Of a stretch of 64,000 nucleotides of DNA, positions 50,760 to 64,000 are shown in pieces; position 1 is the first letter of the stretch; each line of letters begins with the position of its first letter. Under the pieces are notes generated by a model, which was given only the letters and a program-made list of their open reading frames with translations, did not search any database and was not told the origin of the DNA. The DNA comes from Azolla caroliniana (Eukaryota; Plantae; Polypodiophyta). The stretch lies in assembly GCA_043228905.1 (NCBI GenBank), contig JBHGNT010000004.1, positions 23,498,001-23,562,000 of the forward strand, read 5' to 3'. Both the position numbers and the translations under genes were made by a program.

Positions 50760-52430
50760 GTATTCTATATTGAAGTGACGTTGGGTGCACTATCACCAAA
50801 TGGCATGATTATGATTGGGTTGGAAACACCAACTACTTACAACTCATCTACTGATCTCAGCCAGTCACATGGCCTAGATGCGGCAACAAATGTCAGCCAA
50901 GAGTTTCTCTTTCAAATACCAAACTACTTCTTACACTTCGTGTGGTGTGATCTAGCTACAATATCTCCTAAAGATTTGTTATGTCCACAATCTTGCACTA
51001 CTATTCTCCTCTGTGATAATCAAAATTGTGTTTCTATTGTGTGGAATCCAGTGCTTCATGGGCAGGCATCAAACAATTAAGGTCCAATAGCATTATCTTC
51101 AGAACCATGTGATCATCGGAGAGCTGCTTCTCAAATGACTGAATGAATATTGCCTGAAGGAAGAGAGCTGCATTGGGCCTAAATGCACTTCAAAGTCTCA
51201 ACCCTTCTAATGTACTGGAGAAATTTGGATGTAGATAAAGATGTTATATTTTCCTCTGTGAGATCATATGGTTCATATGACTAACATGAAGTATGGCCTA
51301 TCCCTTCCATGCATAAGTCTCAACCCTTCTAATGTACTGGAGAAATTTGGATGTAGATAAAGATGTTATATCTTCCTCTGTGAGATCATATGGTTCATAT
51401 GACCAACATGAAGTATGGCCTATCCCTTCCATGCATAAATCATTAAAATCCTTTTCAGTTCGTTGAAGCAAAAACTGAAAATAGAGAATCCCTCGATTAG
51501 TAACATATAATGGCTTCTCACAATGGCCAAGATCATATGATTTGACATGTTGGAACCCCCATTGAGTTGCCAGCACAGTTGATTGCATGGGTTCTTTCGA
51601 CCTACCAGAGATAAGAGAGTTCACTATCTCAAGTAGACCTAATGGCTTGGCAATAGATCATGGAAAATGTAAAACGGATGTCAAAAGGATGTATATTATA
51701 AGAACAGGACTGGGCATGCTAACTGCCAATTGGTTGATTTGGATCCTTTCACCTTCCAAAAGGAAGGTACATAAGGGTTGTCAAAAAGTTATTGCATTCT
51801 GCACCCATATATGGTAAGTCATATGACAATAGCATACCATTGTACTGATCTTCAAGAGTGGAGATCCCATGAAAATAGCAACTACAGGACAATCATGATT
51901 GGCCCTTCATTACTGGACAAACTATATGGGTTGATCTGAGAGTCCAAGTTGAATGTATGGGCAAAGAGAAATGGTTGCCGCCCAGCTCAATACACAAGTA
52001 TTCACCACGTTGGATCACACATTGACCCTTTGAGCCCTTAATGAGGAAGGAAAAGACCTTGTTTTGTGGGTTTCTGAAAAGCCTTAACATTGTACACATG
52101 CTCGGCTCGTGAAATAACTAGAGACCCTTGGAGTCCTAGTAGATATGCAATGGAAAAACAATGGACTATATAAATAGGTGTCAAAAAAAGTCTACTAATG
52201 TACCGAATGTCATGGCTTCCACAATTGGAATGAAACAGAATACCCAATATCATAATTACATAGAGAGATTGGGATGCTCAAGAGCATGCCTTGCAGGGAC
52301 AGCCATATTGATATACTATATGTTGATGGCATTGTGTTGATTTCAGACCCTCCAGAGACTATAAAAACATCTAGATACTTTAAGTTATTTTTTACACGCA
52401 AAATGTTTTCAGTAAGCATTGGCAAAACTG
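50760..52430 (-). mobile_element. Decayed Gypsy-like retroelement remnant (protease region)
   Basis: VFIVSGGSEINTMP (ORF 52210..52425) resembles a decayed D-x-G-S-x-x-N-x-M-P retropepsin motif and is followed by FSIAYLLG. Broken coding-like sequence continues downstream. Boundaries approximate. Confidence 0.4.
51193..51437 (+). repeat. Two-copy tandem duplication, period 122 bp
   Basis: aagtctcaacccttctaatgtactgg...tatcccttccatgcataa occurs at 51193 and 51315, with about 3 substitutions. Confidence 0.95.
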
Positions 52431-53503
52431 AATTAATTGGGCACTAATCAATATTAGCGACGGATTGGTCAATTCGGAATGAATAGATTCATGCTCGCAG
52501 CTCAATTAACATAAGTAATTATTAATATTCCTAATCATATGGGTTGGATCAGAAAACTATTCCATATGAATCAATGGACGAGTCTAAATCCCATCTTTGG
52601 AAATGACCAATAATTAGAATTTATGAAGTTATGAGTGACCATCTCTTGAATTGGAGGAGCATTGAAAATTTACATCTCTTGATATAGATTCTTATACGTC
52701 GAAAGTGGGCATGCATGGGTAATTCACCTCTCATGAGCTATAAGGAACCATTTATATGTTAGGAGTGGAGGGGCATCTATAATAAACATCTTCTGAGTTA
52801 GGGGGGACCATTTTATATGCAAAAATGGATGTGAATGGGCAATGGATGTGTTCCAATCAATAAGATGCGCCCAAGGTGGAGGAGCATCAACAAGTGAACA
52901 TCTTTATATCGATAAGGAAGCATTTTATACACTAGAGGGAACGTGGTATCAACAACAAACATCTCATGATCTATACGGAACCATTGTATATGCCAGATGA
53001 GGAACGAGCATTGGCAGCAAGTATATTCCGAGCTACAAAGGGATCATCTTATATGCCATGAGTGGGCTACAAAAAGGAGTGGCAGGGCCTTTGGTAATTA
53101 TTACTCTGTTTTTCCATAGAACAGAGGCATCCCAACCTATTACATGCCTATGCATAGGTACATGTATCTGAAAATGTATCTGTATATATATGTATATATA
53201 CATAAATGTCTGTAATAAATTAGAATGTATATAAGTGATACGTATATCAAAGACTGCATAATCTCCTCTCTATTTTCCATATCTAATCTTATGATTCATG
53301 AATATAGCCATAGGTTACGTGTGTGAGAGAGAGGGTGTTTGATTCATACCTGTGTTATAGCAGCAGCAGCAAGACGAGGTTGAGGTAGAAGAGTGGATTG
53401 GAGTATGGAGGTGTGATTCCTGAAGAAAATAGAACGATAGGAAGAGGATGAAGTGGCTGTTGCCCCCTGCACAGTGCACTTCCTTTCTGTTCAACAGTAG
53501 CTA

Positions 53504-53710
53504 CTAGGGGTACGTTTGAACCTATAAACCTATAAACCGAACCAAATAAACAGAAACCGATAAACCGCCAAATTCAAAACCGAACCCAACCAAAACCAAA
53601 CGAACTAAAACTTTTTAAACCAAACCAAACTGTCTATTTACATTTGAACCGATAAACCGTTAAGCCACGGTTTAACAGTTCAGTTGGGTTTGAGCTGAAA
53701 CCATGCCCAT
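53504..53710. mobile_element. hAT-type MITE/subterminal remnant (AACCG-motif rich)
   Basis: Starts ctaggggt, contains many aaaccga/aaccg motifs followed by reverse cggttt, and ends catgccc. This layout is typical of plant non-autonomous hAT elements. Confidence 0.5.
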
Positions 53711-56614
53711 TGCTATTTAACACCACTAAAATATGGGTAACAAGGTCCAAACTGGAATTCCTACACATACCTAGGTGTAACATTCACAAAATCTCAATTC
53801 TCCTTATGGAGGGCTTTTTGTGTTTGACTTTCTGATGGATATGCAGCCCTTGGTGCCCTTGAAAGACAATGTGCACATATACAGTTCCAATAACAAAATG
53901 GAGGTTATTTGATAGACTTGTAATCTTTACTCTTCTTTCAGGGTGAGAAACTTGGAACTGGGCCTTTGTGAAGAGATTGGAGAGATTTGGAGAAACGTTT
54001 ACCCTCAATGATTGCCTGCATGTCAAGGAGCAAAAAATTGATGGCCCACGAGACAAGTTGAGCTGAGATGGGAGAAGCTCCAAAGTTGCCAAAGTACTAT
54101 TCTATCTACTGCCTTATATACAGCTTATTTGAGGGCTTCTAAAGCTATGATACTCAAGATTGGCTAATATGTCATCAAAACGATTGGCAGAACATGGAGA
54201 TAATTATTTCGGTATGCTGAAATAAAAAATTGTTTGAATTTCATAATATAAATATAATACACCGCCCCTTTGCTAACAAGAATGTATGGTACTTTACGCA
54301 ATTTTACTAATCTAGTTATGCACATTTTGGTTTGTCATTCTTAAAGATGAGACAAGATTATAAGATGTATCCTCTAAATTCGAAATATGGATATGCACAC
54401 ACTACTAAGAGAGACTAAACTTTAAAAGACTAATTCATATGTATCACTTGTAAATTTATGTTACAGAAATGAAAATTCCGAAATTAGTCAGAAAACATGG
54501 AGCAAAAATCAAAATCAAATAAAAAAAAATACAAGTCACACAAAACTTTTGCTAAAAAAATTATTAAAATTAAAATTATATTGCACAACATGGATAAAAA
54601 AAATGTCGCCTAAAAATAAGACCAAAACTAAGAAATTATTTTGCTGAAATCATGGCAAAAGAAATCAATCAATTGGACCATGTTGCTCAAAATGATAATA
54701 AAAAAATGTTTTTTTTTTTCCTAACATTCGAATGAATAATTAGGATATAGTGTGAGGAGATATGGTTACGGAGCAGGCAATCAATTCAAAAGATAAGAAG
54801 TAGAAAAAATCTTCCAAAAACAGAAAGGAAGTTAGAAACATGCCTTAAGAGACAGACGTCCGGGCGCGAGAGTTGAAACTTGAGAAGCGACTGAAGGAAG
54901 GTTGCAGCAGAGAGGTGAAGGAATGAGGGGTTTTAACGAGGCTTTTCCTGCGCAGGGCTAAAACTACAGAAGTAAAGTGTGTGCAAAAAACAAACAAACA
55001 AAATGGAAGTATATATGTACATATCGGAGGAGCTTAACAAGCGCTAAGTTCTCCGAATTTACCAAAATAGCCCCCCCCCCCATTTGAGACCTCAATTGCT
55101 AACTTCTAAGTTCTCTTCTAGTTTCTTGAAAACGAGACATTGGAAAACTCAAGGCCACATTTAGCTTTTGTCTAGACATTGGAAAACTCAAGCCCACTCT
55201 TTCCAGAGGGGCCCGTTTCCTTAGCTCAATAATCTCTACGATCAGAATATAAGTGTGAGAACTTAGAGCTTATATGCAGGTGATTCGCTTGTTTCCAATG
55301 TCTTTTAATTCAATTGTCGCAAGCATGTGCGATATGATAGATAGGAAAGGCAACAAAACAGTTGTTTTTGTTTGGATTTGTTGTCCATTGTCAGAGTCTG
55401 GAAACTCTCGATGCAAAGCATAGATAGGCTTGTAACAACTACACATTTCATGTTTGATGTATACCTAAGTTTATACCACTAGACCTTTAATCGATTGATC
55501 TCAAGAGTCTATACCCAACTTACCTATAAAGTTGCTTTCATGATGATGGTGATTCTTCTTGTTCAATACCTTTATGTGTTAGGAATTCTTGCGCCCATAG
55601 TTATTGACTTAGCATGAATGTTATAGAGAACAAACAATGAGCTAAAGGGTCACCATTAATAATGTGGCAAGGCATTACCTTTCATTTTAGGAGACTTCAA
55701 GGTGTCTGGATTTATGATCAAAATTTCATTCAAATAGTCTTATTTATATTTCTACAGTTGCATCTCCCGGTTATCTTATGACATGCCTTGGGTATCAAAG
55801 TGAGTACTTGACAAAAAAATATCTCCTCATTGGTGAAGAAATGTCTTCGAACTCATATATTATTGTAGATATTGCCTTTGGTGTTCATTGCCCTCTACTT
55901 CTCATCAATAAGGCTCCATTCGAAATTTATTTATAAATCCACAAAATATGAGAACTTCTTCAATTTCAAAGATATGAGAATATGAACAAGTATCAAGGGA
56001 ACCACCTATGAAGGGCTACCAATTTTGTAAGAGCTAATAGAGTCTATCTCAAATTTTTAAGAGCCAATTGAGAGCAATTTCTTACCCTCTCTACCCCCCT
56101 CCATAGTATGAGGAGAATTAGTGTAACTTTCACTAGGATCCTACAACTAAGTAGGATAAATGTCGGCATTATCCATGTGTGTGTGCGAAGGGAGATAAAT
56201 TGACAATATACACCAAAGACAGTTTTTAGCAAAATGGGGTTGAACAATATAATGATAATGCTACAAAATCAATCGTATGATTTAATGCACATATGTGCAA
56301 ACACATAAGACCAAAACTCTCAACGCATTTGCAATGGAAGTTTCAGAATGCTGGTCAAGACTCAAGACTAGGCTTTCATAGAAAAATTCTCAATGCATTT
56401 GCAATGGAAGTTTTAGAATGATGAGAACACTGGGACATCCCTCGGTTTGTGAACTAGGAAAATGTTGTCTTCTATGCATTTAATGCAACAATTCTAACAT
56501 AAGGTATGATCGTACTTTACATCTCAAAACACATGATTCTTCCCAATCTATAATGTTAAAATGAAATTATAGATAGAAATGGTATTCGGAGAGTGAAGAG
56601 GAGTCCAGGAAAAT

Positions 56615-56831
56615 GAGAGAGGTTAAAGATTAACATTTGTTGTGAGTGCAAGCTCTTTAGGTTAAAGATTAGACATTTGTGAGTGCAAGCAAGAAAGAGC
56701 TATATATATATCAAAATCTACTAGAGAGAGGTTAAAGATTAACATTTGTTGTGAGTGCAAGCTCTTTAGGTTAAAGATTTGACATTTGTGAGTGCAAGCA
56801 AGAAAGAGCTATATATATCAAAATCTACTAG
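56615..56831 (+). repeat. Nested tandem duplication, period 109 bp, with an internal sub-repeat
   Basis: gagagaggttaaagatt...atcaaaatctacta occurs at 56615 and 56724. Each unit contains aggttaaagatt..acatttg..tgagtgcaagc twice. Confidence 0.93.
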
Positions 56832-57394
56832 GGGCCCAAAGCTAGACTAATGAGACATGCTTCATCCACACAACACAACTCTTTCATCATCATGGGGACA
56901 CATTACAATTCCATTGCCAACTCTTCCATCTTACAAATATTACTCCAATAATAAGGAAAAAGTTCCAAATAAATTGATTTAATTTCATAGAAGGGATGAG
57001 CGCGCGCACACACCAAAAACAATTGATCTACACACATTGTGATACGATACCCGCTAACCATTTCATAGAAGAGACAAGCGCACACACATACACAAAATTC
57101 TAAATGAGAAAATGACAACATAATTATATTATGTATTTCCTTGTATATCACAATTTTATAGCCTTAAGATAATGACACAAACAATAAGAAGAGGCAAATC
57201 TTACTTAGGATTTATAACATAATGCAATCTGTATTGCATAGTAATTACACGGATTCCCATTCCTATGTACTCTCTTAAAATGTCCTTCCGTCCATGTGCA
57301 TGCATTAGACCCCACCATATCCTTTCCGATAATTAATTAAGCATGCATGGATTAATTAAATTATTTATCATTATATCACTATTTATTGTTTCGA

Positions 57395-57871
57395 CTAAGC
57401 TCCCGGGGTTTTCGGTTGGGCAACTTGCTCGCGGACTTGTCCGCCCAAATCACGTGCCTTCTGCTTGGTCTGGTCGGCCATCTCTACGGCCTTACGGCGC
57501 GCATGCTCGATGTGTTCGCTACCGGGTGGGCGGCGTCCCTGGAAATAGTTGTAAGCCCAGGACAAGACAGAGATGGCCGTGACGCCCACTCCGCTGGCCG
57601 TCAAGACCCCAGCCAAGGACAAGAAGAGTAAGATCCCGGCTGGCACGAGGATAGGACTGAAGAAGAGGAAAACCGGGGTCATGAGAAGGAGGGTGATGAC
57701 AATGCCGGTCACGGTTAGGCCGCCCAACACAAGAGAGATCCCGGCTAGTGTCAACAAGGAGAAGAAGCCCACGATCTGGCTAGATGCCGGACTCCGCTTC
57801 CGGATCCGTTCCATTAGACCCTCGGCATGCTCCTTGGTGTGCCGCGCTTGCTCTCGTGCTTGCTCAGCCAT
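57395..57871 (-). CDS. Oleosin (lipid-droplet protein), intronless, 158 aa
   Basis: Start MAEQAREQ at 57871. Long hydrophobic hairpin with the proline knot PVFLFFSPILVP (PX5SPX3P). C-terminus LSWAYNYFQGRRPPGSEHIEHARRK. Confidence 0.95.
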   Translation of the reverse strand: MAEQAREQARHTKEHAEGLMERIRKRSPASSQIVGFFSLLTLAGISLVLGGLTVTGIVITLLLMTPVFLFFSPILVPAGILLFLSLAGVLTASGVGVTAISVLSWAYNYFQGRRPPGSEHIEHARRKAVEMADQTKQKARDLGGQVREQVAQPKTPGA

Positions 57872-58118
57872 ATTTTGCAAAGAATCAGGATTTTTTTTAC
57901 TCCAAAACAAAGAGCTATGGAATGTTGATGATACAAAAATTGATGGGGAGAGGAATAAGATAGTCGATGATGATAGATGGTAATGGCGAGGAAACAATTG
58001 TTGGTTGGTCTTTGATATATACTCTAAGGAGTTAAGAAGGGATGATCTGAGTTTCCATTTTTAGTACCATCTTTTTCTTATAATGCAAACATTAAGGCAT
58101 GAAGTGGCCACATAGAAT

Positions 58119-58284
58119 CACGTGGCAAGATTGCATGTCTCTGCTCAAAGGAGACATTTTTAGAATGTTTCTTACAACCATCACGTGATCAATCTCTCTG
58201 GACCATGTGATTTCTTTCATAATGTTAAATGAGTTATGTCCTAACCGCAACAACAACAATAACAAATTGTGCCGAACACATGCA
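58119..58284 (-). promoter_or_regulatory. ABRE/G-box and RY elements upstream of oleosin
   Basis: cacgtggc at 58119-58126, tgcatg at 58132-58137, cacgtg at 58182-58187 and catgca at 58279-58284. Confidence 0.55.
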
Positions 58285-58721
58285 CAAGAGTTCAATTATG
58301 TCGTGTCCAATCCAGTAATCATATGATGTGACAACAATGTTAAAGACAATCTAAGATTTCATTTACATCCATGCCCCCGTGGAAATCGATCTTTCTTGCA
58401 TCAACAAAGTTTGTCAACATTCACGCAATTGGCCGCCGAGAAAGCCCTTTATTTGACAATCTTAGTAGTGCTCTCTTAATGTAGCTTTTTGGCAAAATTC
58501 CTTTGGCCCTTGCACTACTTCTGAGTGATCATTGATTCTTCATGACATTATACACCAAATGCTCTTTGCTTTATCCACACTCAAAACATACTCAAAGGAA
58601 CCCCGCTATAGATCATATCTAGTAAAGGAAGATATCTAAATAGATCGATTGTTGTTGGACGTAACATCTTGCAAAGGAATAGAATTTGTGCAATTCTTTT
58701 GCATAATTTTGCCTACAGGCT

Positions 58722-59030
58722 GTTAGAATCACATGCGCATAGGTTTCCTCTCTCATAGACATTGCATTTTGAATGAATGGCAGATATTATTTCTTATGTT
58801 ACTATAAGTTTTCCCATAAGGGTGGTTAGAATCACATGTGTATAGGTTTCCTCTCTCATAGACATTGCATTTTGAATGGATGGGAGATATTATTCCTTGT
58901 TTTGAATGGATCTCAAATATTATTCTTGCATTGGTTTCCTCTCTCATAGACATTGCATTCTGAATGGATGGCATCATGGTAGATATTTTGAATGGATCTC
59001 ATATATTATTCCTTACGTTACCACTTATGG
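58722..59030 (+). repeat. Imperfect three-copy tandem repeat (~90-103 bp)
   Basis: ggtttcctctctcatagacattgcatt.tgaatg occurs at ~58742, ~58845 and ~58933. Confidence 0.85.
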
Positions 59031-60269
59031 GAAAATTTATGGGTCAACCTATGATTGCATTCATTTAACTACAAAACTATGTAGGACTCAAGCTTCATTT
59101 CCTTATTATATTTGAGTTTTCATATTCACTTGTATCATATCATGTCCTTGTCTCATTTAACCAAAGTAGACATAAATCATAATTGTCATACCACAAGCAA
59201 AGGAGATTATTGTTGGTACATAGGGGGATGGATTCACTTTGCATTACAAGGACATCACATGGAGTCATAGAGTTCAAGAACCCCCTAATCATTGTTATGA
59301 GTTCAAGAACAACAAAATCTTATGCTTCACTACTACTCATCTTCAAATAAGTACACATTGTAGGAGTTCGCTCCTCATGTACTCTTGATAACATCTTCTA
59401 AACACTGATAACCCAAGGTACTAGTTTTGTAGACTTTGATCTTCAATTTGTGCTTCATGTTTAACAATCTCATAATTTGATGTCATGCAAAGTAGCCTCA
59501 AATGTGTTTGGATACACACGCTTTACCTGCTAACCCTACTCTTTCTCAACCAGGAATCGCCAAATTAGAATAACTTTAGAACTTGGTTTGATCTCAAACT
59601 AATGAGAATTGTTTTCTCTAGACAACCTTACAAAAAATAGAATTTGTAAAATTCTTTGGACATAGTGAACCATTGCATTTATCAATGCACAAAACAGAAA
59701 AATGAGTTCCATGTCTTAAAATCTATTTCATTCTTCAGTGGTAAAATAAACTTGCTGAATTTTCCAAATTATTCACAAAAACCTAAATACCCCCATAAAC
59801 CACTCAAGTACTTACAATGATTCAAAATAATAATATTGAGGCACTTAAACTGCAAAGCTACATACCCACATAAACATATTACGAGATTTCTTCATAGATG
59901 CAAATTGCAAGAAAAATTGGTTAAGTCAAATATATATTCCTCATGAGAAATGATGCTCTCATAGTAGAAAAAAGAGTCAAAATGGAATAATTTCCAATAG
60001 ACAGAAAGGTATTTATTTATGGTTCATATTATTGCAAGAATCATAAACATGCTTTAAAACTTGCTTTCATCTAATCAATTTCTTTCAATCACCTGATTAG
60101 CAGAGCTTCTAAACACTAACATTATAGCAGGAAAAAGAAACAAAAAATCTGATTATCTGTGAGCTGCATATTGTTATAATACTCTCAACAATAATCCCAT
60201 AGATATATTTAGTTTCAACACATTCTGATATTACGACTAAAAACAGTTCAGTCTTGTGAACACCACAGA

Positions 60270-63200
60270 TCACATGTACAATCCCTCGGGTACACCTTCC
60301 TTCTTTTTAAACATAACCTTCTCCTTGGCTTTCTTAAAATCAACATGTGTAACCTGATTAAAAAAAAAACAATATTAGCAATGTTCGTTTCACTATTTTC
60401 CATTAAAAAAGAAGAAGAAAACATTTGTCATTGACACATGAAAATCATTCCATGAAAAGAACAATGAAATATGATAAAAAAAGCAAGGCAAGACAATAAA
60501 GAAAACACATAAAAGATGGAATGAAGAAAAAATAATCATAAAACATATCTTCATACCAAATATGGTGTTTGATCTTCAAAATAACAGGACATTACATAAA
60601 TAAACGAAATCAGAAAACTTTCAAGAAAAAAGAACACAGCAAAAAGAAACCAAAGGAAGAGAGAACCAAAAAGAAATATAGTTTTCACAGAGAAAATTAC
60701 AACACTGGTATCAGTGAAGTAACTACAGTTTCCATTTTTTCGGGATAGTTCTCAATGTTTTCTAAGAAGAGTTACTTTGTTTTCTTCTGACATTTTGATT
60801 TGTTTTGATCAAATAAAGATTTCGAGAAGTGGAGTCTTCAGTCATTAATCTTTTATTCTTTTGTCTATATAGATTTTGATGTGAGATATTCGTCTGCTGA
60901 AATTTGAGGGAAAAGCATCAGCATCTACACTACAAGGCATGCTCTTGGCATTAACATGGGTGAGGTTGCATACCTTCAGTGTTACCCATGAGTAGTGCAC
61001 TCCTTTGGTGTTACCATGCCAAAGTTGAGACTCAAATTTTAAATGAAATATGATTGCTCTCTTGAGATTTTTAAAATTGCAGAGTATTTTTACTTCGGAC
61101 AAACAAAGAATATGTAGTATAGGATGATAACATCTAAGCACTGCAAGGTATCAGACAATGGTGTTCAGAATTCTGGAGCACTAGTATGGTATACTTGGAA
61201 AACCTGTGTATAGTCAGTCACACATCAATCATGTACGTTTTTTGAATGTATACAATCTGCCATTTTCATCGAGATTAACTTAATAATAGGAGCCAAAAAT
61301 ATCTCTCCCCAGAAAATGTAACGACGGGATTAAAGAACCATCCCCAATAAGCAGGATCATGGCGTACAGCAGACTATGAAATCAATTCAGAATATATAAA
61401 TATTTTGCATGGAGGAAATAGAACATCCGGGATTTAGAGACTTAAAACTATAATTTACTCCAATGTCCAATATCAGAAATCAGCATGTACACAAACCTGT
61501 TTCATAAAAAAAAACTAGCCAAGAACTGAACTGGCAAAATAGATAAACAAAATCCTTAAAAAGAGAGGCAACGGATGACCCTTTTGAGGACTTAGAACGG
61601 ACGAAGAGAAAATGAAAATGAAAAACGTGAAGAAAGACAGAAAGCTCGGACTGATTGCAAGTCTCAGCAGATATCCTTTACTAGGATTAAAATGAAAAAA
61701 GAACAACAATTTCAAACTAAAAAATAATACCTTCATGCGCCTTTCTCTCAATGCCAGCAAGCCTGCTTCTGTACATATTGCCTTGATATCAGCTCCAGAA
61801 AACTCATCTTTTGTCATAACAAACTCTTCTAGGTTGACATCTTCGGCTAAGGTCATCCTTGAAGTATGAATCTACCAAACATAGAAGAAAAACACCCAGT
61901 GAGCAACAGAAGCAGAAGTTAAATGAAGAAACAAAAAATAGAATATCATATACTTGGAAGATGCGCCTCCTTGTCTTAATATCTGGCAGAGGAAATTCTA
62001 TTTTTCTATCAATTCTCCCTGGTCGCAGAAGTGCTGGATCAAGGCTTTCAATACGGTTGGTAGCCAAAATGACCTTCACATCTCCTCTTGAATCAAAACC
62101 ATCGAGTTGATTCAGAAGCTCTAACATAGTTCGTTGAATCTCCCTCTCCCCACCAGAGTGAGCATCATAACTGAAGATAGATGGTAGAACCATTTGTCAG
62201 TAGGCATGATTTCATTTAACTGATAAATTCACAAAATAGATGATAAATGAGTCCAGGGTAAAGAATTTTTGAAGTTACAAAAAAGTAAGTTTACTTCAAT
62301 CAAGCTAATCAAGTAGACAGCAAAAAAAAAGAGAAGTATCGTAATTCACAAAACATTAGCAGGCTAAAAGTTAGCTGAATCTCATGAAAGAAATACGAAA
62401 AGAAAAGGTAGAAAACTACTGCACGTGTACCAAAAACAAACAAACTGAGGGTTTGTGGTTGTGAAAAGAACTTTGGCAAGGAGATATCCAAAGAGCTGAA
62501 GGTCAATATCAAGAGAATGTGCACACTGGACAAAATCTTCTGTGCATGTAGAAGGGGTGTTCAAATTTTGGCCAAAAACCTTGGTAGGTCAGAAGTATTG
62601 CTGTATCTAAACTGCATTTCACCTAGGACGAGGATAGAAACATCCATTCTATGTCATAGCTGGAGGATAGTCATTTCTATGAACCTTACAAGGACATTAA
62701 AAGATAAAATTCAATAATGGCTGAAAATTTGAAGAAGAAAAACAAAATTAAAATGTATGTTCACTTGATGCACATAGACCATATAAGCCCATAACGTTCA
62801 CAAGTTAACATAGATTTGTACCTTTATAAGCCCATAATAGTAACAGACAGAAGAGAAAACCAGAAAAGTTCGGAAAACTGAAAACAGGGTTATACACAAG
62901 TGCAGATCTAGAGTACAAGAGAAGTGAATCTCAAGCAGTGTGAATCACCACCAGGTTTATTGCACAGTGGGCAAACTACATTCTATGGGATTCCTAGTCA
63001 TATAGTCAATGTTGAACATCTATTAGCATTCACATCAGACACTACCTAGGACATAAACCACCAAACTGAGTGTCTATCACAGCCTCAGAGAGCAATATGC
63101 AGACTCAGCCATGAAATTAAGTATAAAATTAATTAGAAAATGGATATACAATATATGTAGAGGCAATGAAACAAAATAATGTATGAAGACGTTTGTGTAC

Positions 63201-63519
63201 ATGTACGACAATCTTGGAAACATGAGTTCCATGTACAGGCACTGATAATGGGCCATTCTTGTGCCTTGACCTCAGTAAATGCATATACGATAATGTACAT
63301 AGTGTAACACTACAATTAATTATTTCTTTTTGGGAGTGAACCATATTACCGTTTTGTGCCAACTGCATCAATTTCATCAATGAACACAATAGAAGGTGAT
63401 AGATCATCAGCTACTCTGAACAGCTCACGTACTAACTTTGGTCCATCCCCAAGGTATTTTTGAATGAGCTCACTCCCGACAACACGCAAGAAAGTTGCAG
63501 ATGTAGAATTTGCAACAGC
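60270..63519 (-). CDS. RPT2: 26S proteasome AAA-ATPase subunit RPT2 (regulatory subunit 4), last four exons; 5' part lies beyond the window
   Basis: Exons (minus) 63519-63350, 62170-61954, 61871-61731 and 60353-60270 with consistent phases. Translation includes [61 protein letters not shown] and the terminal [12 protein letters not shown]. Confidence 0.97.
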
Positions 63520-64000
63520 CTGGCGCAAAACGCAGTTAATATTTCTTTTTACACAAATAGTTGAGCAATCATGACAAAATATTTCTAGAACATCAATTAT
63601 CTAAACATGCAACTTGGAAAAAGAATGAAAAGGCAAAATTAGCGTCTCTATAGAGGCCACACAGGCCTATATGACCCAAAAGAGTTAGAAACATAACCTA
63701 ATGTCTATTTCATTTATACAACAAGACAAGTTCATTTACCTGATTATAAGCTAAATTTAGTATGAAGTTACTAATTCTTCAATTTTCTGTACAAACAACA
63801 AGACTCCACTGTCACATTTCATAGGGGCAATTAAAATTTAAACGAGTTTGGATTCTCTTCAGCTGATAAAATGCTTGGAAATGCCCTCGTCTACCGAAAG
63901 TCCAGTTGAAATCTTGAGCTTTCCTACTGGACGTATTTATAGAGGCAATAGTTCCAGATAGAAATAAACAATTAAACCTTACTAAATAAAAAAATTCTCA

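Noticed and set aside
57328-57365. Palindrome ataattaattaa-gcatgcatgg-attaattaaattat in the oleosin 3' region as a miRNA or terminator hairpin
   Set aside because: Short, AT-only, low-complexity stem that is expected by chance.
57872-57997. 42-aa N-terminal extension of oleosin in the ORF track
   Set aside because: It begins at a non-ATG codon and reads like 5' UTR. The first ATG is at 57871.
40316-63519. CIP111 and RPT2 as a functional AAA-ATPase cluster
   Set aside because: They belong to different ancient subfamilies (ribosome biogenesis versus proteasome) and are separated by oleosin. Proximity is most likely chance.

Overview
Eukaryotic nuclear DNA from a land plant, probably a fern or other seed-free plant. 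This is inferred from an Iota-class GST, PLS-type PPR genes and the style of the LINE and Gypsy remnants. The first ~14.9 kb is gene-free and holds decayed transposon remnants: a LINE, a Gypsy protease, and tRNA-like modules with a possible Helitron end. The rest is gene-dense. I could assemble spliced models by hand from GT-AG junctions for a filament-like plant protein (FPP/DUF869, 5 exons, +), an Iota-class GST (2 exons, +), the AAA+ ATPase CIP111/AFG2 (10 coding exons, -) and the 3' part of proteasome ATPase RPT2 (-). Intronless genes are a PLS-E PPR (-), a double-WHy LEA_2 protein (-) and an oleosin (-). There is also a decayed PPR pseudogene and a LINE RT fragment. I see no CRISPR array, rRNA or intact tRNA, and I cannot support a wholly new multi-gene system. 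The best second-look items are the Iota GST, a stop codon at codon 3 after the PPR gene's best start codon, and a Gypsy fragment enclosed by 73-bp hairpin-bearing direct repeats. Also notable are an Asn/His-rich FPP tail, a repeat module shared by two promoters, RY/ABRE modules and many short tandem duplications. Family assignments come from remembered motifs, not database searches.
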